Shown: positions 18,863 to 27,679, counted from the stretch's first letter. The stretch is DNA of 32,000 nt from Acaryochloris thomasi RCC1774 (GCF_003231495.1 NZ_PQWO01000003.1:120001-152000), one strand, 5' to 3'. Made by a program: numbers and translations. Notes: a model not told the origin generated them from the sequence alone.

Positions 18863-19939
18863 ATGTCTATATTAGCTCCTAAAATCAGCGTGTTAATGGG
18901 AGTCTACAACGGATCTTGCTATCTGCGAGAATCTGTTAGCAGTATCCTCAATCAGACTTTTTCTAATTTTGAGTTTGTTATTATTGATGATGCTTCTAAT
19001 GATAATACATGGGATATATTGACAAGTCTCTCAAAGCAAGACGAACGTATTAAGCTGATCAGAAACAAGCAAAATATTGGCTTGACTCGCTCATTAAACA
19101 AAGGTCTTGTCATTGCTCAAGGCGAGCTGATCGCACGACAAGATGCAGACGATATCTCTTTACCAATTCGCTTCGAGAAACAAGTCCAATTTTTAGATCA
19201 GCGGCCCAGCGCTGTTCTCGTCTCTGGATGTTATGAGTACATCGATGCTGAAGGCATTTCCTTCAAAACAGTTCGGGTCGCAGGTGGTCCAGACATAACG
19301 GCGTGGTATTTGCTGTTCTACAACCGTATTGGGGCTCACGGGCTGGCGATGTTCCGGCGGCAGGTGGTCGCAGAAATCGGTGGCTATTCGGAAGACTATC
19401 GCTACAGTCAAGATTACGAGCTGTGGTCAAGATTAGTTGATACGGGTGATCTAGTAGTTTTGCCAGACGTTCTTCAACTCTATCGGCGCGATCACGACAG
19501 CAGTATCTCAGTCAAATTTAGCTCAGTTCAGCAAGATCTTGCTTTACAAGTAACAGCTCAAAATATTACGAACGTCATTGGAGAAGGAATGAGCAAAGAA
19601 GCTCTCATTGACCTAAGAAATTTCTGGGTAGGACAATATCTCGAGATTCAAGATATCGGTGCTCTCTACGCAAACCTTAAAAAGATACATCGGGCATTTA
19701 TACAGCAGCGTTCGAAGATAGCTTCTTACTCAGGCACAGGTGTGAGTCGCAGGTTAGGAGATGTTGTACTTTTACGCTTTTTGTGTTGGACGAATTTATT
19801 TAGCTCTTCTCATGACTGGCATCGAAAAGCTAAAGTTATACGTTGTGCATTTCTATGGAACCCAGTAAAAGCCATTAATTTATTCTCGAGACGAGCATTC
19901 CGTAACTTACCTCGCTCAATCAAAACTTTTCCGATATAA
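18863..19939 (+). CDS. glycosyltransferase family 2 (paralog B)
   Basis: 358 aa from ATG 18863 (MSILAPKISVLMGVYNG...). IIDDASNDNT, ARQDADDIS. The ORF-track start at 18824 would overlap the epimerase by 35 nt and adds non-conserved residues. Confidence 0.86.
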   Translation: MSILAPKISVLMGVYNGSCYLRESVSSILNQTFSNFEFVIIDDASNDNTWDILTSLSKQDERIKLIRNKQNIGLTRSLNKGLVIAQGELIARQDADDISLPIRFEKQVQFLDQRPSAVLVSGCYEYIDAEGISFKTVRVAGGPDITAWYLLFYNRIGAHGLAMFRRQVVAEIGGYSEDYRYSQDYELWSRLVDTGDLVVLPDVLQLYRRDHDSSISVKFSSVQQDLALQVTAQNITNVIGEGMSKEALIDLRNFWVGQYLEIQDIGALYANLKKIHRAFIQQRSKIASYSGTGVSRRLGDVVLLRFLCWTNLFSSSHDWHRKAKVIRCAFLWNPVKAINLFSRRAFRNLPRSIKTFPI

Positions 19940-20233
19940 GAAGGGTCTGCATTCGTAGCTTTTTAGTCAATCTGTTATCGATTTCACTGTATATGATTTG
20001 GCATTAGTTTTAGCTAATGAGTATGCTATATTGCGTAGAATCTCGGCTACTAAGCTTATTGCTCAAGCAATCCAGCGAACATTTCCATGACATGGATTTG
20101 TAGAGTAAGGGTCTTATCATCGTGTGAACGCAGCCTATCTGAGGATGCTGACTCAGCTCGTGGCTCTCACTACAGTATTTTTTAAGCCTTTAACAGTCAC
20201 CCAGCATCTCAACTATTCCCCGTCGTTAATTTC

Positions 20234-21328
20234 ATGATTCAGACGACTAAGAAATATCTAAACGTTTTTTTCTGGCCTTCTTGGCCGAACAATCCTTACC
20301 AAGTGCTGCTCGCTCATGCCCTAGAGCCGCTCGGGGTGAAGGTTGAGATTGTTCCATCTAGCAATCGGCTACTGCGTGCAGGCGTTCAAGAACAACAACC
20401 CGCCTATCTCCACTTTCATTCTCTGTACTATCTGTTCACAGCTCCTAAACCGTTCATTGCTTGGCTCCGTTCTATCAAAGCCCTTTTTTGGCTGTTAACG
20501 CTGAGACTGAGCGGCAAAACTTTGATTTGGACGGTTCACGATCTCCAAAATCACGATGATCGAAATCCTTGGGTAGATTGGTTCTTCAGCTTCTGTTTTT
20601 CTAGGCTAGCGCAAGGTATTATCCTTCACTCAGAGCGCATTCAGCAGCAGTTTGTGCAAAGATTCAGAATTGCCGAAACGCGGAAGCTCTACGTTATTCC
20701 TCACGGCCACTATCTTGAGTGTTATCCCAACCACATTCAGCCTAGTGAGGCTCGTCACAGCCTAAATCTCAGAAAAGACCAGCTTACTTTTTTGTTCTTG
20801 GGTCTAATTCGTCCCTACAAGGGAGTGCCTGAACTAATTTCAGCATTCCAAAGTTTGTCCACAGAGTCGGCTCAACTTGCGATCGCAGGCAAACCGGCCT
20901 CAGAAGAAATCGGCAACCAAATTAGAGACGCCATTCAGGACGACTGCAATATTCATCTCTGGCCGACATACATTGAAGAAGACCAGATTCAGGTCTACAT
21001 GAACGCCGCGGACGTCGTAGTTTTTCCCTATCGCAGAGTTCTGACATCTGGCTCTATTGTCTTAGCAATGTCTTTTGGTCGCGCTTGTATCGCACCTCAA
21101 GAGGGTGGGATACAAGATGTCCTTGATTCCTCCGGTGCATTTCTATACGACTCTAGGCAGCCGATAGGGCTTGCTCAAGCCATGCAAGCGTCCATTGAGA
21201 ATCGAGAACTCCTGGCAACAATGGGCACATACAATCGTCAAAAGGTACAGCAATGGAGCTGGCAAGATATTGCACAGCAGACCCATGCTGTTTACCAAGC
21301 GAGCGTTAGCGCGGGAAAAATATTGTGA
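20234..21328 (+). CDS. glycosyltransferase, GT-B fold (family 4/group 1-like)
   Basis: 364-aa ORF. C-terminal blocks FLFLGLIRPYKGV and VVVFPYRRVLTSGSIVLAMSFGRACIAPQEGG. Confidence 0.78.
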   Translation: MIQTTKKYLNVFFWPSWPNNPYQVLLAHALEPLGVKVEIVPSSNRLLRAGVQEQQPAYLHFHSLYYLFTAPKPFIAWLRSIKALFWLLTLRLSGKTLIWTVHDLQNHDDRNPWVDWFFSFCFSRLAQGIILHSERIQQQFVQRFRIAETRKLYVIPHGHYLECYPNHIQPSEARHSLNLRKDQLTFLFLGLIRPYKGVPELISAFQSLSTESAQLAIAGKPASEEIGNQIRDAIQDDCNIHLWPTYIEEDQIQVYMNAADVVVFPYRRVLTSGSIVLAMSFGRACIAPQEGGIQDVLDSSGAFLYDSRQPIGLAQAMQASIENRELLATMGTYNRQKVQQWSWQDIAQQTHAVYQASVSAGKIL

Positions 21329-22290
21329 CGCACCCTTCGAATATTTCCACTTCGTCAACGTCAACAAAGCCCCTCGTTACCATCATTATCAACAACTACA
21401 ATTATGAGCAATTTATTAGCGATGCAATCAATAGCGCCTTGGCCCAAACCTATCACCCAGTTGAGATAATTGTTGTTGATGACGGTTCCACGGATCGCTC
21501 TCGAGACGTCATCAACAGCTATGGTTCTAAATTGAATCCAATCTTCAAAGAGAATGGGGGACAAGCTTCTACTTTCAATACGGGGTTTAAAGCAAGTCAA
21601 GGAGACGTTATTTGTCTCCTTGACTCCGATGATTTATTCCACCCAGAGAAGGTATTGGAGGTAGTTTCAGCATTTCAAGCGGACGAAAATATTCGCTGGT
21701 TCTTTCATCAACTCAAAGTGGAGCACTTGTCTACAAAAGAGGTTATTAGACTCTCTCCCAACAGGGATTCAGGCCCCTACGATTTTAGAGAACCCATGCG
21801 AGCCGGTTCAAGTGTAGAATTTTCACCGCCTTCAACATCAGGGTTGTGCTTTTCTCGTGTATTACTCCAGGAGATCCTTCCCATGCCTGAGGCCGAAGAT
21901 ATCGTTATGAGCGACCTCTATCTGAAGCTTTCTTCAATGGCTTTATACAAAGGATTTTATCTCAATCGTCCTCTTGGAGTGGTCAGAGTCCACAGCAATA
22001 ATCGATACACAGAGAAGCGTGGTAGACACCTCCTAAAGGGAAATATCGAGATCACTACAGCTTATTACTTGCGACAAAAGTGGAGATTTTTGAGTCGGCT
22101 ATCCAATAATTTATTTTGCTTAGGTATGTCTGACCTATCTAAAGCAAAAAAGGTTGATTTGAGATATCAAAATACTGGATACATATTATCAAAGTACTTG
22201 CGGTCTATATCACCGTTGGGCCAACCGAAGATCAAGCTAAAGATAAGTTTTTTCTGCCTTAAAATACTTTTGAAGCGGCTAAAAAACTAG
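21325..22290 (+). CDS. glycosyltransferase family 2
   Basis: 321-aa ORF with a GTG start in a GTGA overlap with the upstream stop. VTIIINNYNYEQFISDAINSALAQTY, VVDDGSTDRS, LLDSDD. Confidence 0.85.
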   Translation: MTHPSNISTSSTSTKPLVTIIINNYNYEQFISDAINSALAQTYHPVEIIVVDDGSTDRSRDVINSYGSKLNPIFKENGGQASTFNTGFKASQGDVICLLDSDDLFHPEKVLEVVSAFQADENIRWFFHQLKVEHLSTKEVIRLSPNRDSGPYDFREPMRAGSSVEFSPPSTSGLCFSRVLLQEILPMPEAEDIVMSDLYLKLSSMALYKGFYLNRPLGVVRVHSNNRYTEKRGRHLLKGNIEITTAYYLRQKWRFLSRLSNNLFCLGMSDLSKAKKVDLRYQNTGYILSKYLRSISPLGQPKIKLKISFFCLKILLKRLKN

Positions 22291-22329
22291 AGAGTCAAAT
22301 CTTGAAAGCTCTTGGGTAGAAGAAACCTC

Positions 22330-22373
22330 GAAGAATCCAAGAAGAAAGGCGCATCCCCAGAGGAATACGCCTT
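22330..22373 (-). terminator. intrinsic terminator of chlB
   Basis: On the reverse strand the sequence is AAGGCGTATTCC-TCTG-GGGATGCGCCTT. This is a 12-bp stem with 2 G-U pairs and a tetraloop, followed by TCTTCTTGGATTCTTC. It starts ~29 nt after the chlB stop. On the + strand the same positions give C-A mismatches, so the structure is strand-specific. Confidence 0.55.
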
Positions 22374-22401
22374 GTCGGAGTCGCAAGATCTAGAAACTTT
22401 C

Positions 22402-23928
22402 CTATGCGCCTACAGACTCTTTGGCTGCGTAGAGGATCTCTGCAGTAATCTCAACGAACCCACGCTCCCGAGCAAATTTCTCAGTGTTGCGCTTGACTTT
22501 ACCCCGCACAAATCCAGGGATTTTGTTGAGTTCAGAGAGGCCGTCGTTAGCCCAGGCAAGATCAGAGTCAGCGGTCATACTCTTCGTAATCACTTCCTTG
22601 GTATCGTGACCGCCGAAGATCTCTAAGAGGTGATCCTCCATACCCAGAGTAAAAGAGTTATACACTAGGTCAGCAAGCTGATTTGTCCCCTCGTAACCCA
22701 GGAATGGCTTGTAGCCGATGGGAAAGTCCTGAATATGAATCGGAGCAGCAATGACGCCGCAGGGAATGTTAAGACGCTTACCAACGTGGCGCTCCATTTG
22801 AGTGCCAAAAATAGCGGATGGCTCGACCTTTGCGATCGCATCTCCAATGGCACCGTGATCTTCGTTGATGATCACCTCATCACAATACTCACTGACCTCT
22901 TGGCGGAACCAGTCCTGATCATACTTGCAGTAAGTCCCGGCCCAAACCACATGAATGCCCATTTCTCGAGCGAGAATCTTAGTCATTGCAGCCGCGTGGG
23001 TGTTGTCGCCATAAACCACCGCTTTCTTACCCGTCAAATTCTGACAGTCAATAGAGCGCGAGAACCAAGCCGCCTGAGACACATGCAGCGTCTGCTCTTC
23101 AATAAAGGCTTCATAGTTAACGTCTGCACCCTGCTCGTTCAAGATCTGCTGAATGCGGCGAATGCAGCGAGCTGTCTCAACTACGCCCATTGGAGTGATG
23201 TCTACGTAAGGCGTCCCGAACTCCTGTTCGAGATACTTGGCCGACATGTGGCCGAGTTCACGGTAAGGCACCAGGTTAAACCAAGCCTGAGGCAAACGCT
23301 TCAGGTTATGAACCGACGCCCCCTCAGGAATCACTTCGTTGACTTGAATACCCAAGTCGGTCATCAACCGCTTTAGCTCGGTGCAGTCATGCTGGTTATG
23401 GAACCCAAGCGTTGACATACCAATGATGTTGACCGAGGGCTTCTCAGTCCTTTTCTCTAGCAGGTCACCATGCTTGCGACCTTTCTCAATGTAAAACTGC
23501 ACAATTTGGTCGAGGGTCCGGTCAGCCGCCTGCAGCTCATTGACACGATAGTGGTTTACATCTGCCAGTAAGACATCGCCCTCTGTGCTCTCTGAAGCCC
23601 GCTCTACAAAATTTTCAAGATCTTCTTGCAGAATACTGGAGGTGCAGGTCGGCGTCAGCACAATCAGGTCAGGATGCTCTTCTGCATCTTTACGTGTGAT
23701 ATTATCAACCACTTTTTCCTGGGAGCCACGCGCCAGAACATGGCGGTCTACCACGCTAGCAGTCACGGGCGTAAAGTCTCGTTCACGCTCTAGCATCGAG
23801 CGCATAACGTTGAAGTAATCATCCCCAAGGGGTGCGTGCATAATGCCGTGCACGTTTTTGAAGGAGCTGGCAACGCGCAATGTACCGATGTGGGCAGGCC
23901 CTGCATACATCCAGTAGGCTAATTTCAT
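22402..23928 (-). CDS. chlB: light-independent protochlorophyllide reductase (DPOR) subunit B
   Basis: [58 protein letters not shown] is the conserved ChlB N-terminus. The protein is 508 aa from ATG 23928. The ORF-track TTG at 23955 adds 9 non-conserved residues. Confidence 0.97.
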   Translation of the reverse strand: MKLAYWMYAGPAHIGTLRVASSFKNVHGIMHAPLGDDYFNVMRSMLERERDFTPVTASVVDRHVLARGSQEKVVDNITRKDAEEHPDLIVLTPTCTSSILQEDLENFVERASESTEGDVLLADVNHYRVNELQAADRTLDQIVQFYIEKGRKHGDLLEKRTEKPSVNIIGMSTLGFHNQHDCTELKRLMTDLGIQVNEVIPEGASVHNLKRLPQAWFNLVPYRELGHMSAKYLEQEFGTPYVDITPMGVVETARCIRRIQQILNEQGADVNYEAFIEEQTLHVSQAAWFSRSIDCQNLTGKKAVVYGDNTHAAAMTKILAREMGIHVVWAGTYCKYDQDWFRQEVSEYCDEVIINEDHGAIGDAIAKVEPSAIFGTQMERHVGKRLNIPCGVIAAPIHIQDFPIGYKPFLGYEGTNQLADLVYNSFTLGMEDHLLEIFGGHDTKEVITKSMTADSDLAWANDGLSELNKIPGFVRGKVKRNTEKFARERGFVEITAEILYAAKESVGA

Positions 23929-24635
23929 CCTGAAAATCTCCGTTGGGTCTTCCAAATCGCCGATCGCACATAGTGAACTAAGCGGTATCTCTAAAATGGC
24001 TTAGCTCCTACTTGCAGCATCAGCTACGTGCATTATTGTCCACTTTCAAAGACCACTAGAGGCGGGATTGCTGCCGAAATGATATATAAAAGAATAAAAG
24101 TAAACACAGATGATTAAATAAATCTAAATTACAGTTTTTTTAGATTTTGAAAGGAACTTATAAGTTTTTACTCTTTTCTATTTATAAAATTAAGATCAAA
24201 AAGCAAAATTGAAATCAAAAGTAAAAAGTGCTCAACGGGAAACAGGGCACATCACCACTAAGCCTTGTTGTCCCTGAACTTGAGGCGCTTGGCTCAACCT
24301 CAAAGATATGATCAATCCTGAGGGAATATACCCCCTCAGCAAATTGAATAGCTTGCATCTAGAGATAAAGAGACTGCCTTGGCAACTGTATTAAAAATAG
24401 TGAATTAAGTCTAAAGAGAGGCGCTAGGTAAAGAAGCGTGACTTCTATAAGCGCTGGGGTCATGCATTCAGTGCAGCGGTGAATGCTCTTACGTCCCCTT
24501 ATATCGAGCGTTCGAATATGATTCACGAACAGCGGCGGCTCAACTAAAATCTGAAGTCAGCGGCTTCTAAATAGATGGTTGGTAGAGAATCCATTTGCCT
24601 AACTTTGAAATCCTAATCAACTTTTGGCTTGGAGG

Positions 24636-24797
24636 CTAGTCAAGCTCTTCATCCTCTGGCTCACTATCTAGCTCATCCTTGAATCCTCGAAGCGACTTCC
24701 CTAAAGACGCCCCTAGCTCTGGTAGACGCTTGGGACCAAACAGAACCAGAGCTGCCAACCCAATGAGACCTACCTCTAACCATCCCAAGCCGAACAT
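24636..24797 (-). CDS. tatA: twin-arginine translocase subunit TatA/E
   Basis: 53-aa ORF below the ORF-track cutoff: MFGLGWLEVGLIGLAALVLFGPKRLPELGASLGKSLRGFKDELDSEPEDEELD. It has one TM helix, the hinge FGPKRLPELG, an amphipathic helix and an acidic tail. GGAGAA lies 8 nt upstream of the ATG. Confidence 0.88.
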   Translation of the reverse strand: MFGLGWLEVGLIGLAALVLFGPKRLPELGASLGKSLRGFKDELDSEPEDEELD

Positions 24798-24910
24798 GCA
24801 GCTTTTCTCCTAGTCATAGAACTGAGCGATGCTATGACCCTAGCACAGCGTCCCAAGGATCTTAAGGCTCCCCGCTGACGAAAAAAGTTCGCCATTATAT
24901 AGTGCTATCA

Positions 24911-24946
24911 ATAGCTGAGGGTAGGACAGGTTCTACCCTCAGCTAT
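24911..24946 (-). terminator. perfect 14-bp stem-loop just downstream of psb27
   Basis: ATAGCTGAGGGTAG-gacaggtt-CTACCCTCAGCTAT, 10 nt after the psb27 stop. No adjacent U-tract; a U6 run lies ~24 nt further on. It is a terminator or RNA-stability element. A reverse-strand TATAAT at 24899-24894 follows and may be the -10 box for tatA. Confidence 0.5.
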
Positions 24947-24955
24947 CATTCTTAA

Positions 24956-25384
24956 CTAAGAGGCTTCGCGCTTGAGAGCAATCTCTACCTGCTTAAACTC
25001 TTGATCAAGTCGAGTCTTGAGCTTCTCAGGTACGGGACGGCTAGGATAGGCAGTGTAGTGACCAGCCAGAGCATTGAGAGCGGTCGTCATCGTCATAAAT
25101 GAGGCCAGACCTGCCGTTTTGTTGTCACGACGATATCGAGAAATAAATTCGTTGATTTGCTCTTTAGCTTGAGCCTGGGCTTCGGCTTTGCCTGAATCAT
25201 CGTCAGGTAAATCGACCGCTGTTCGCAGACTATCAACAACCGTCAGCGTATCTTGGTTGTAGTTACCCGATAGCGTTTGCGGAGGGCCTTGGATACCAAA
25301 GGCACCCGCAGCGGGAGCGTAGCCCACGCAAAAAATGCCGGCAACGAGAACAAAGCTCAATAGAGTAGAAAACAGGCGCTTCAT
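24956..25384 (-). CDS. psb27: photosystem II assembly factor Psb27
   Basis: 142-aa ORF colinear with Synechocystis Psb27: GNYNQDTLTVVDSLRTAVDLP, INEFISRYRR, SFMTMTTALNALAGHYTAY, RPVPEKLKTRLDQEFKQVE. An N-terminal signal peptide is present. Confidence 0.93.
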   Translation of the reverse strand: MKRLFSTLLSFVLVAGIFCVGYAPAAGAFGIQGPPQTLSGNYNQDTLTVVDSLRTAVDLPDDDSGKAEAQAQAKEQINEFISRYRRDNKTAGLASFMTMTTALNALAGHYTAYPSRPVPEKLKTRLDQEFKQVEIALKREAS

Positions 25385-25532
25385 ATGTTTGGAGGTCTCA
25401 CTTAAACTAGCGTCAATAAATGTTGGTTACCAGTGCGTCTTGGCATTGGAGGGCCACTTGACCCCAACTTAATCAGGATAAAACATTCCTGCCCCTTGCC
25501 TCAGCCGCCGCTCTCATGCGAAGTCATTCACC

Positions 25533-26657
25533 ATGCCTGATCCCCGCTCTGGATATACGTTGCCAGTTTTTGCCTGTGCAGCTGCGATCGCATCTCTACG
25601 CTACCTCTACAAACCGCAATCTTATACAACGATCCCCGTTGATTTGATCAACCCGCCCGAGCAGGCTGACATCCCCATTGACCAGACATCAGCAATCCGG
25701 CCTGGGATGGCGCTGGCTATCACCCGCAGCGATCCCGGCGATAATCTTGACCTGACCCGGCATACCCCTATCTGGGCGGTGGTGGAATGGGCAGACGCCT
25801 CACAAACAGAGTGCGTTGTTCTCAAAGGGGGAGAGGGAATCGGAATTGATAAAAACCGAGGGGACCAGGCGGCTTTCTATGACTATGCCCAGAGGCTCTT
25901 GCTCACAAACTTAGAACAAGAGCTGCTGAAGGGCGATCGCATCCAGGTCACCATCATTCTGCCGGAAGGGCGAGCACTCGCTCAACGGACCTCTAATGCT
26001 TCCTTTGGCGTTGTGGAAGGTCTTTCGTTGCTGGGTACCTCCGGTATTTCTCAGCCGTTATCGGCACCGGGTCAGCTTGAAGCATTTAAAGCTGAGCTTC
26101 AGCAAAAAGCCGAACAGACCGATAGCCTAGTCTTTTGCCTGGGTGAAAACGGTCTTGATATTGCCCGTAAGAGGGGCGTTCCAGAGCATTGCTTAATCAA
26201 GACGGCTAACTGGCTGGGGCCGATGCTAGTGGTGGCGGGAGAACAGGGCTTGAAATCTATTCTGCTGTTGGGGTATCACGGCAAGTTGATTAAGCTAGCG
26301 GGAGGAATCTTCCATACCCATCATCACTTAGCCGACGGTCGCCAAGAAATTTTGACAGCGATTGCCGCCAATGCCGGACTCCCGACGCCGGATCTTCAGG
26401 TGATTTTTAATGCGCCCACGGCAGAAGCAGGGCTGCAGCACTTGCGTTCTCTTGATCCAGCTGGGAGCAACTGGGTCGATGATATCTATACAACGATGGC
26501 AGAACGGATCGATCACAGAGCGGAGGAGTATGTGAAGGTGCATTGCGATCTCAGCATCCAGATTGGCTCGGTCCTATTCGACCGCAGTCGCCAGATATTT
26601 GCCACCAGCCAGGTCGGCCACTCGTTGCTCCAGAATTTTTCCCAAAGGGAACAGTAA
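25533..26657 (+). CDS. cbiD: cobalt-precorrin-5B (C1)-methyltransferase
   Basis: 374-aa ORF. SGYTLPVFACAAAIAS N-terminus, GTSGISQPLS and YHGKLIKLAGGIFHTHHH blocks typical of CbiD. Confidence 0.9.
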   Translation: MPDPRSGYTLPVFACAAAIASLRYLYKPQSYTTIPVDLINPPEQADIPIDQTSAIRPGMALAITRSDPGDNLDLTRHTPIWAVVEWADASQTECVVLKGGEGIGIDKNRGDQAAFYDYAQRLLLTNLEQELLKGDRIQVTIILPEGRALAQRTSNASFGVVEGLSLLGTSGISQPLSAPGQLEAFKAELQQKAEQTDSLVFCLGENGLDIARKRGVPEHCLIKTANWLGPMLVVAGEQGLKSILLLGYHGKLIKLAGGIFHTHHHLADGRQEILTAIAANAGLPTPDLQVIFNAPTAEAGLQHLRSLDPAGSNWVDDIYTTMAERIDHRAEEYVKVHCDLSIQIGSVLFDRSRQIFATSQVGHSLLQNFSQREQ

Positions 26658-26665
26658 TATGGCCT

Positions 26666-27571
26666 CTAAGACACTGCGATAGGGACAGCATGCTTTTGAA
26701 TCCAATTCTGAAGCAGAGGATTCACCACTTCAGGCGCTTCATCTTGAGGGCAATGACCAATCCCGTCTAGGGCGATAAAGTCCTCAACCGCTGGAAACTT
26801 TGCCAGTTCTCGCCCCTGATCAATGGGTTCCCAAGGATCTTCTTTACCCCAGAGCATTAATACGGGGCAAGTGACTTGAGGCAACAGATCTTCGGGAAGT
26901 GGGCCTTGCGAATACTGGATAAAAGCTAAAAATACTGCCGGTGCGCCTGCTTCAAAGGCCGGTCCCAGCAAAAGATCAACGAGTTCATCGGTGACGGCCT
27001 CTTTGCGGCCATAGGCCTGAAGCAAAATCTTACGGACGGCCTTGGGTTTCGCCACGCCCTTGAAAAAAGCTTCGCCCAGCAGCCGATAGGCCAACACCTT
27101 CTGCAGAACTGGAGCCGACATTCGCCGATACCAGGGAATTTCTTGGCGCTTGCGTTCGTGCAGCAGCCGCAGTGAACAGTCCAGCATACTGACGCCCAGA
27201 ATCTGGCTTGGGTTCATGACCGCTGCCTGGAGCGCCACAATACAGCCAATCGAGTTTCCCACCAGAAAAGCCGGACCGCCCACAATCTCTTGGCAAAAAT
27301 CGAGTACCTGCTGCCCCCAGGTTTCGAAGATATATTCCACGTTCTGACCGGGCTGCAGGGGGCCAGGGGCAGGCTTATCAGAACCACCAAACCCAACCAG
27401 ATCAATAGCGTAGACACGACTCGTTTCCGCTAGCTCAGCAATATTTTTACGCCAGTGCGCGCTAGAGGCTCCAAAGCCGTGGATCAAAACAACCGCAGGT
27501 CCCTGCTCACCTGCGAACTGATAACGAATCCGAAAGCCTTGCCATTGCCAAGTTTCAGTTTGAGGCTGCAT
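26666..27571 (-). CDS. alpha/beta hydrolase fold protein
   Basis: 301-aa ORF. HGFGAS oxyanion region, nucleophile elbow GNSIGC, and a C-terminal GHCPQDE histidine. Substrate unknown. Confidence 0.85.
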   Translation of the reverse strand: MQPQTETWQWQGFRIRYQFAGEQGPAVVLIHGFGASSAHWRKNIAELAETSRVYAIDLVGFGGSDKPAPGPLQPGQNVEYIFETWGQQVLDFCQEIVGGPAFLVGNSIGCIVALQAAVMNPSQILGVSMLDCSLRLLHERKRQEIPWYRRMSAPVLQKVLAYRLLGEAFFKGVAKPKAVRKILLQAYGRKEAVTDELVDLLLGPAFEAGAPAVFLAFIQYSQGPLPEDLLPQVTCPVLMLWGKEDPWEPIDQGRELAKFPAVEDFIALDGIGHCPQDEAPEVVNPLLQNWIQKHAVPIAVS

Positions 27572-27679
27572 GATGGGTCCCTAGAAGTCTTCATATATTG
27601 TAATATTCCTGCGAGTCTGTGTCGTTGCGACTCGGTCAATCTCGCTATAGTCGAAGAGAAGCAACTGCTGCGAAGAACT

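Noticed and set aside
7633-22401. Glycan island as an integrase-mobilised genomic island
   Set aside because: No integrase, transposase, tRNA attachment site or flanking direct repeats are visible at either border. The low GC is better explained by the usual compositional bias and recombinational exchange of glycan loci.
22735-23376. 213-aa + strand ORF, plus the smaller frames 22312-22626, 22665-22853 (-) and 23585-23818, overlapping chlB
   Set aside because: These frames overlap an unambiguous, full-length chlB, mostly antisense. Their translations are low-complexity with no recognisable motifs. They are typical shadow ORFs of a GC-balanced gene.
23929-23955. TTG-initiated 9-codon extension of chlB given by the ORF track
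   Set aside because: ChlB proteins begin at the conserved [13 protein letters not shown]. The extra MEDPTEIFR is not part of the family and uses a rare start codon.
24505-24525. tRNA-like T-loop motif GTTCGAAT (also GGTTTCGAACC at 87-97)
   Set aside because: The flanking bases do not form a T-stem, and no acceptor or anticodon arms can be drawn. There is no tRNA gene in the window.
25385-25532. Possible cobalamin riboswitch upstream of cbiD
   Set aside because: The gap is only 148 nt and is shared with the divergent psb27 promoter. I could not find the B12-box-like core (AGYCMGGAGACCKGCC-type) or the GGGAA/GGTG conserved elements.
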